NCBI GenBank assembly: GCA_040182905.1
Contig: JARQWU010000024.1
Coordinates: forward strand, 52,158 to 72,157
Length of the DNA: 20,000 nt
Source: Barthelona sp. PAP020
Lineage: Eukaryota
Reading direction: 5' to 3'
The position numbers and the translations under genes are program-made. Of the stretch, positions 10,796-16,898 are shown piece by piece; within the stretch, counting starts at the first letter, position 1, and each line of letters opens with the position of its first letter. A model generated the notes under the pieces. It saw nothing but the letters and a program-made list of their open reading frames with translations, searched no databases and was not told the origin of the DNA.

Positions 10796-10883
10796 TTGTT
10801 TAAATGTTGAAAATTTTCGAAATTATTAAAAATCATTCCATTGTCAATAAAAAAAATGAAATTTTTTTTTGTATTTGTGGTGC
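10796..10883. promoter_or_regulatory. Putative bidirectional promoter (88 bp) between divergent ATGs
   Basis: Head-to-head starts at 10795 (-) and 10884 (+), separated by AT-rich DNA with A and T tracts. Inferred from geometry only. Confidence 0.5.
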
Positions 10884-11711
10884 ATGGTTTCAAAAAATCA
10901 AGCCAAAAAACTATTACAAAAGAATATTAAATCTATTAGGGAAGAGTATAATGCGAAAATCAAACGTGCAAAAACAAATCGCAATTTAAAAAGAGATTTA
11001 ACAGATGAACGTGACGAAAAGATAGCAATTTTAGAACAAGAATTTATTGATAAGTATGAAAACACTGAAGATATTGAAGAGGAAGATGAAAATGAAATTG
11101 ATTCTGAAGACCCCTTTTTTACAAGCAAAGAAAACATGAAGAAATCTTCCAGAAAACAAAAACGTATGGAAAAGAAAGAAATTGAAGAGCAACAAAGATT
11201 AGAAGAAATGGCCAAAATCGCCGCTGAACAGGGTCCATCAAAAAGAACCATTGAACTGAATAAATTGACCCCAATTTTACAACGTCGTAATTTAATAATG
11301 ACTGATGTTCCAGCAACTGGATCTTGTTTGTTTGAATCTGTTTCTCGTTCTGCCATTCCATGTTCAAAGGATGCTTTTGATTTAAGAGTTGAAGCTGTGG
11401 AATATATTTCCGAGCATTGGGAAGATTTTGCTCCATTCATGGAAATGAATAAGGATGAATATGTTAAACAAATGTCTAAAATCAGTGTTTGGGGAGGTCA
11501 TCCTGAAATTATGGCATTAACTCATGTTTTAAAAAGACCAATTATTATTTTACAGGCTGATCAACCCAATGAAATGACTTTTGGTAATGAATATGTCACT
11601 GATGATTTTTTAAAATCTCCTGTTGAGATTGTTTTTTTGAAACATTTCATTTCTACGGGAGAACATTACAATGCAACAGGACCTTCCTCAATGAATTATA
11701 ACATTATTTAA
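10884..11711 (+). CDS. OTUD6: OTU-domain deubiquitinase, OTUD6/Otu2-like (275 aa from the ATG at 10884, not the TTG at 10869)
   Basis: Charged helical N-terminus (KKSSRKQKRMEKKEIEEQQR), then the OTU Cys loop DVPATGSCLFESV, the WGGHPEIMAL motif and the His loop GEHYNA. This matches the OTUD6B/Otu2 layout (DGxC...WGGxxExxAL...GEHYNS). Confidence 0.85.
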   Translation: MVSKNQAKKLLQKNIKSIREEYNAKIKRAKTNRNLKRDLTDERDEKIAILEQEFIDKYENTEDIEEEDENEIDSEDPFFTSKENMKKSSRKQKRMEKKEIEEQQRLEEMAKIAAEQGPSKRTIELNKLTPILQRRNLIMTDVPATGSCLFESVSRSAIPCSKDAFDLRVEAVEYISEHWEDFAPFMEMNKDEYVKQMSKISVWGGHPEIMALTHVLKRPIIILQADQPNEMTFGNEYVTDDFLKSPVEIVFLKHFISTGEHYNATGPSSMNYNII

Positions 11712-12059
11712 TTCATTTCATCACTGCATATGACAGTTCAGTAAATCCATGGAATATTATTTTATAAATATGAATATGAGTTTTATTTTGGTGGGAATTG
11801 TTCAATGAAATGTGTACTATTTGAAAACAATCCAATAGTTAATTTGCTTTAGATTTGATGTCTTTGAAAACAGAGGATGTCAAAAGAGAAAAGAGAAAAA
11901 GGTCAATATTTTGCTTTCAAATAATGAACACACATCTTTTGACTAGTATTATGTCTCAAAATTAATCTGTAATTTATCAAAGGGAATGAAAAAAAATAAC
12001 TGTTAAATGAACTTTATCAATAAAAATAAAAATAAATATGAAATAAGACTTTATTGAAC

Positions 12060-12350
12060 TTTTCCGTAAAGAGACTCCGTAAAACATCCCAATTGAGTGA
12101 TGACAGCAAACACTCAAAAACCGATATCAACTGGTTGGTAAGTTGGAAGATACAAGACTTATTTGAGAAACATAAAGAATCGTTCTCAAAATACTTATTC
12201 GTGATCCTCATATCGAACATTTACCGTTATTTTTTTTTTTTTAGGAAGTAGATGTGAGGGTCACAGCGTCTCAGAATCGTCAGACGATGAGAACAATCAG
12301 ACGAGCGTTCGCATATAAAATCCCTCAATTCCCCCACCCCCACGGATGGT
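12060..12350. ncRNA. Candidate structured non-coding RNA or foldback element, family unassigned
   Basis: GC-enriched island in an AT-rich intergenic gap. Nested inverted repeats: 12076-12080/12342-12346, 12091-12097/12324-12330, 12179-12188/12288-12297, and a 14-bp stem at 12201-12214/12251-12264. Confidence 0.4.
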
Positions 12351-12422
12351 TTAATGAAGTCATAAATAAAATAAAAAAATTTAACAACGGAAAAGAAAGC
12401 GGGAAATGAAAATCTACAAATT

Positions 12423-15400
12423 TCAAGTTGAACTCAAATTTATTTCACCATTTTCATTCAAAACTTCATCTAAAACTTCTGTTTTCCACATATATTGCCA
12501 ATTCTTTGCATTTTGAGCAATCTTTAACATAATGGGATGAAAACCAGGTAAACGGTCTGGATTATTCAATAGAACATCAAAATTTGCCTTTTCAGGAACA
12601 TAATAAAACAAATTGTATATCAACGCACAACTTCTAAATATTAACAATAATAACCTATAGAAAGGAAATAGAAGAATAACCCATATTGGGGCCCTCAAAT
12701 CCCTTCTATTTCTCAACTTAATGTAATTGAAACTCAAATATAGAATAATTTGAAATTCTATCACTCTAAAGCCTAAAGTCCACAAGGATATTGCCTCATC
12801 CAAAATTAAATAATAAATAATAATCATAATTCTTAAATAGTCTTGAACAATAGTTAATAATTCATGCAAATAATACAATCTAACAAGCATAGTCTTGTCA
12901 TTCCAATAAAATAACAGATGCTTGACCAATTTAAAAAAGAATCGGTGAGTTGTAGTATCCCAAGATTTGACACGTTGAGTAAACAAAGATTTCTCTCCAT
13001 AGTTGGATTTTAGCAATAAATCGTGCTTTAGACTAAATAATTGTTCAGGAACTTGAGTTTGAACAGGTGTCACATTGAAACAATTTAACACAGGTTGCCA
13101 TCCTAGTTCGTAATACATTTCTCGAAGAAGCAAACCCATTTGAAGATCATCTCCATGAAACATTGTATCATGTCTTTCAAGTAAATCAACTAAAAAGTCT
13201 CTTTTCCAAATTGATATTGCCCCATGTGGACATGCAGCTGTACCTGTGCTGTATTGAAAAGTTTTTGCAAAACCAGCAAGAGAATATTCCAAATCTTGAA
13301 ACCATACAAAAAGAGATCTTGATAAACTTCCAGAATCATTCTTATTTGGAGCAGCTCTTATCGTCAAAGCAGCACCAGCATACATTTTTTGTTTTAAAAT
13401 ATGTGTTTGAAAAGACAAATTATTTGGAATCAAAATATCATCATCCATTACCACTAAATATTTGATATGTTTAGGAATGAAATATTTTGCTGTCCACAAC
13501 AGAGCTAACGTCTTTGAACCAACAGGAACATATGTATATTGAATGTCTCGGCCCCAATCTTTCACATTTTGAATGCAATCCATTGTTCTGTCAGTTTCTG
13601 GGGGAGACTTCCAAGGACCATTGTGACACACATAAACGTGTTTATTGGGAACTTGTAAGGAACAATTCTTCAAAGTAAAAATAAAGCTGGATTGCTTATC
13701 ATCAGCTATTCTTTGTAATTCTTCATCAGTTATTTTATCTTCCGGTTTCTTTGGTGAACAATTTGCAGAATTATGTGAAGCAATCAAAATGGCAATGTTA
13801 TCGTGTTTTCGCGGTAAAAATGTATTAGATGGAACATTTTGAAAAAAGAAAGCAATCAAAAACAAAAAGTATTCCAATCCGACAATGACAAACGATAAAA
13901 TAAGATCATTAAGGTGATGAAATACACGATATTTTAAAATAATAAAAAAGAATATTGCAATCATAAATACTAAAAATGCTAAAGCCATTAATTTTAAGGC
14001 AATTTTTTCAATTTTGGTTCGTTCCTTATCTTTCCTTTTGAAATCCATTTCGCTCCTTTCTCTCAACAACTTTTTTAACTCTTCAACTTGTTCTTTTGTT
14101 GTCAAGGTTGCATCTTGTCGATGTCTATCACTAGCACCAATTTGACCCAAAACATCATATCCCACGTCAAAATCTTGATTAAAATGGTCACAATAAATAC
14201 AACTGCTATCATCTTCTGTTGGAGCTTTACGAGGAATAATAATTGGCTTTTCTACAAAATTAAAAACAGAATCAAGATCAATTCCTTTTCTTTGATAATA
14301 TCGATATCGATAATAATCGATGATTTCCCATAGAATTGCAAACAACAATGTTAAACAAAAGACCAATAATACACCCCAGTCATAATCATTCCAACCAACT
14401 CTGCCTAAATCAAAAATCAATAAATTTAAGGTTGCTGAATACAAATTACACCCTTCAAAAGCAGTAACAACAATTTTTGCACCCTCAAAGGTTATCTTTT
14501 CAACAGAAATATCAAATTTCAATTTTGTAATACCAACATTAAATTCAGTGACAGTTTGATATATAAAGGGAATATAAGTGTATTTTTTGTCAAACTTTAG
14601 AAAATAATGAAAGGTTTGCTTACCACTAACAGAATCATGCAACTGATAACCAGGCAAAGACCCATTGAAAACAATGAAAACTTCTTCAAATCGAAAGTTA
14701 GTTATATCTGTCGGTTGTAAAACAAGTGCAGACATACTTATACCTTGTATTGGATATTTTACGTTATCAGTGATTAATAATTGCAAAAAACCCTGATTGT
14801 CATTGAAAACTAATCCAGAATTTACTTCAATCTTGTACACTTTTGAGGATGAAAAATCAAACCCTTTGATTCCAACCATAGATAAATAATCAACACTGCC
14901 AACAGTTGCGTCCAATACCTCATCTAAAGACAATAAAGGACTTTGATAAAAAAAAGTTCCTTTGCTACTATCAGCAGTTAATGAATAATCTACACTGGGA
15001 ATCAACCAATCCATTTGAAACGGTTTACTCTTTTGTTTGTCAGAGCATTGTGTTACAACAGCCACAAAATTTAAGGAAACTTTATAAACTGTACTATTAC
15101 CCCATGTGGTAACTTGAAAAGTCACTTTCTCTTCATTTACATCAAGTATTTTTGATTGTAACCTTGGTATATCTTGTTCACACAAAATTCCAATTAATGA
15201 ATAACTAACTTTAGGAGGAATTGAGAATTTCTCTTTGAAATAAACAGAAAAAGTGCATGACCTTACAATCGGCAAATCAACATGTAAATACCAATTATTC
15301 CTTTCAAGTCCAACTTGAACTTTTTGTGTATCGATTATGTATTCTGGTGTGCAAAGAATTTCACTTTTGATTGAAACCAAACAGAATAGAACAACAATTA

Positions 15401-15425
15401 ATATTTTAACCTTACTTATAAACAT
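12423..15425 (-). CDS. Multi-pass membrane GT2 glycosyltransferase (chitin/hyaluronan-synthase-like) with a signal peptide and N-terminal H-type lectin domains
   Basis: Signal peptide aa ~1-21. H-lectin-like repeats (VYFKEKFSIPPKVSYSL...VTFQVTTWGNSTVYKVSLNFVAV; LKFDKKYTYIPFIYQTV...ITFEGAKIVV). Three TM helices precede a GT-A domain with GSKTLAL, VVMDDD, CPHGAISIWKR, GDDLQMG and QRVKSW, followed by further hydrophobic helices. Confidence 0.85.
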   Translation of the reverse strand: MFISKVKILIVVLFCLVSIKSEILCTPEYIIDTQKVQVGLERNNWYLHVDLPIVRSCTFSVYFKEKFSIPPKVSYSLIGILCEQDIPRLQSKILDVNEEKVTFQVTTWGNSTVYKVSLNFVAVVTQCSDKQKSKPFQMDWLIPSVDYSLTADSSKGTFFYQSPLLSLDEVLDATVGSVDYLSMVGIKGFDFSSSKVYKIEVNSGLVFNDNQGFLQLLITDNVKYPIQGISMSALVLQPTDITNFRFEEVFIVFNGSLPGYQLHDSVSGKQTFHYFLKFDKKYTYIPFIYQTVTEFNVGITKLKFDISVEKITFEGAKIVVTAFEGCNLYSATLNLLIFDLGRVGWNDYDWGVLLVFCLTLLFAILWEIIDYYRYRYYQRKGIDLDSVFNFVEKPIIIPRKAPTEDDSSCIYCDHFNQDFDVGYDVLGQIGASDRHRQDATLTTKEQVEELKKLLRERSEMDFKRKDKERTKIEKIALKLMALAFLVFMIAIFFFIILKYRVFHHLNDLILSFVIVGLEYFLFLIAFFFQNVPSNTFLPRKHDNIAILIASHNSANCSPKKPEDKITDEELQRIADDKQSSFIFTLKNCSLQVPNKHVYVCHNGPWKSPPETDRTMDCIQNVKDWGRDIQYTYVPVGSKTLALLWTAKYFIPKHIKYLVVMDDDILIPNNLSFQTHILKQKMYAGAALTIRAAPNKNDSGSLSRSLFVWFQDLEYSLAGFAKTFQYSTGTAACPHGAISIWKRDFLVDLLERHDTMFHGDDLQMGLLLREMYYELGWQPVLNCFNVTPVQTQVPEQLFSLKHDLLLKSNYGEKSLFTQRVKSWDTTTHRFFFKLVKHLLFYWNDKTMLVRLYYLHELLTIVQDYLRIMIIIYYLILDEAISLWTLGFRVIEFQIILYLSFNYIKLRNRRDLRAPIWVILLFPFYRLLLLIFRSCALIYNLFYYVPEKANFDVLLNNPDRLPGFHPIMLKIAQNAKNWQYMWKTEVLDEVLNENGEINLSST

Positions 15426-15669
15426 TGAAATTCACATAAACAACACACAAAACAACCTATTATTTATCCACTGCTGTAAAAATTATACCACTGTTCAAAA
15501 AATTTGGGAATCAAATTGGGAAGAAATACTAAATTTCTATCAAAAAACATTAATGTTAACAGAATTTTTTTCAAAAAAATGAATCAAAACATATGAAAAT
15601 CGATCAAGTGAAAACCAAAAAAAATAATTTTTAAAAATCCTTTTACAAAAAACAAAGTTTTGGATATCA

Positions 15670-16662
15670 TCACTGTAAAATACTTTCTCTTGGTACCCAA
15701 ATGTTTAAATTTTTATTTGCTGTTGCAAATAAAGCAAATCTAGGATTAAAAGCCATACATCTAGGGGTTTCTGAACAACTGATATTGCCTCTAAGTTGAG
15801 GAAGTTCATTTATTAATTCATAAACACTAATTTTACGATTATCTCCCATTAAAACAAAATTATTATCAGGTGTGTAAATAATAGGGGAAAAACAATCCAA
15901 AGCATTGGTATTCAAAGTCCAAACAATATTTGAATCAAAATCTATTGAAAAATGCTTGTTTTTTTTGGTCGAAAAAACAACTTTTTTTCCATCAGGTGCA
16001 AATTTCATTTCGCAATAACGATCATTTATATCATTTAAAGGAGGTAATGTAATTTCTTTGACAGGACCTTCTTGTGGAGCTCTTTGATTGTATATCAAAC
16101 ACTTTTCTTGGGAATCTAAAATTGCGAAAGCAGTACCAGTGGGATTATAACACGCCAAAGGTATATCATTGGTATGTATACAACCAATATGTTTTCTGGT
16201 TCGATAATCCCAAAAATTAACCGTTCTGTCCTTTGATGCAGACATGAAATGACAATCTCGATGTGAAGGTAAAGCAGCAAGTGAAGTTATGGCACCCGAA
16301 TGACCCCTAAAAAAACCGGTAAATTTATTTTGACCAACATCATATACTCTAATAGTCTGATCAGATCCAAATGCAATATGATATTGATCTTTTATGTGTA
16401 AAAATTTTGCACATGTAATTTTAAAAGGAATAAATATGTTATTAACACATTCTCCTGTATTCGTATCAAAAATTCTTAAATACCCTTGTTCTGAACAAAT
16501 TAACAAACGTGAACCATTGTAATTAAAATCAATATTTTCAATTTGAGGGTAATTATTGGTTTGCCCATAATGTAAAGTATCCTTTTCAACAGGTTCAATG
16601 TAATAATCAGTTCCAATTGAGAACGATAATAGCGTTTCTCCAGTTAAACTGATACTTGTCAT
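15670..16662 (-). CDS. WDR82: WD repeat protein 82 / Swd2 homologue (COMPASS and Pol II CTD-associated)
   Basis: Segments DQTIRVYDVGQNKFTGFFRGH, FMSASKDRTVNFWDYR, MKFAPDGK and the C-terminal CMAFNPRFALFATANKNLNIWVP resemble WDR82/Swd2. The 330-aa length fits. Confidence 0.8.
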   Translation of the reverse strand: MTSISLTGETLLSFSIGTDYYIEPVEKDTLHYGQTNNYPQIENIDFNYNGSRLLICSEQGYLRIFDTNTGECVNNIFIPFKITCAKFLHIKDQYHIAFGSDQTIRVYDVGQNKFTGFFRGHSGAITSLAALPSHRDCHFMSASKDRTVNFWDYRTRKHIGCIHTNDIPLACYNPTGTAFAILDSQEKCLIYNQRAPQEGPVKEITLPPLNDINDRYCEMKFAPDGKKVVFSTKKNKHFSIDFDSNIVWTLNTNALDCFSPIIYTPDNNFVLMGDNRKISVYELINELPQLRGNISCSETPRCMAFNPRFALFATANKNLNIWVPRESILQ

Positions 16663-16898
16663 AAGTTTCGATCAATAATTTGAATTTCGACAAGAAGAAA
16701 AGAAAAAAAAGAAATTCACCAATTGTAGCCTGGACTTTTATCGTTAAATTTGACAATTAAGGTTGGTATCAAATCATTTTTATCATTATTTAAAATGTGC
16801 TGATTTAATTAAAATAAAAAAGAAGCTTTAAACTTTTTTCATTTTTTTTATTTATATAATACTTAAATTGATGTTGAATCCAACATAAAAGAGACTAT

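Noticed and set aside
10869..10883. TTG start given for the OTU gene
   Set aside because: In a eukaryotic context the in-frame ATG at 10884 is more plausible.
10898..11440. 180-aa antisense ORF over the OTU gene
   Set aside because: Ser-rich shadow frame; the + strand carries the recognisable OTU motifs.
12097..12103. Box C motif GTGATGA suggesting a C/D snoRNA or U3
   Set aside because: No CTGA box D downstream on the + strand within the gap, and no U3 box A.
12137..12206. U1-like words on the minus strand (ACTTACC and GATCACGAA)
   Set aside because: They are in the wrong order for U1 (the loop-I word lies 5' of ACTTACC), and there is no ATTGCAC loop.
12017..12251. Two overlapping 65-67 aa ORFs in the intergenic island
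   Set aside because: Non-ATG starts, run into homopolymer or AT tracts, and show no motifs.
12265..12304. RNase P-like words (TCTGAGAC on -, ACAATCAGAC on +)
   Set aside because: The two P4 strands are not on the same strand in the required order, and there is no GGAAnnUC motif.
10842..16755. TGTCAA/TTGACA in several intergenic gaps (10842, 11878, 16750; also 2737)
   Set aside because: Also frequent inside coding sequence, so too few cases to call a promoter motif. The bacterial -35 resemblance is irrelevant here.
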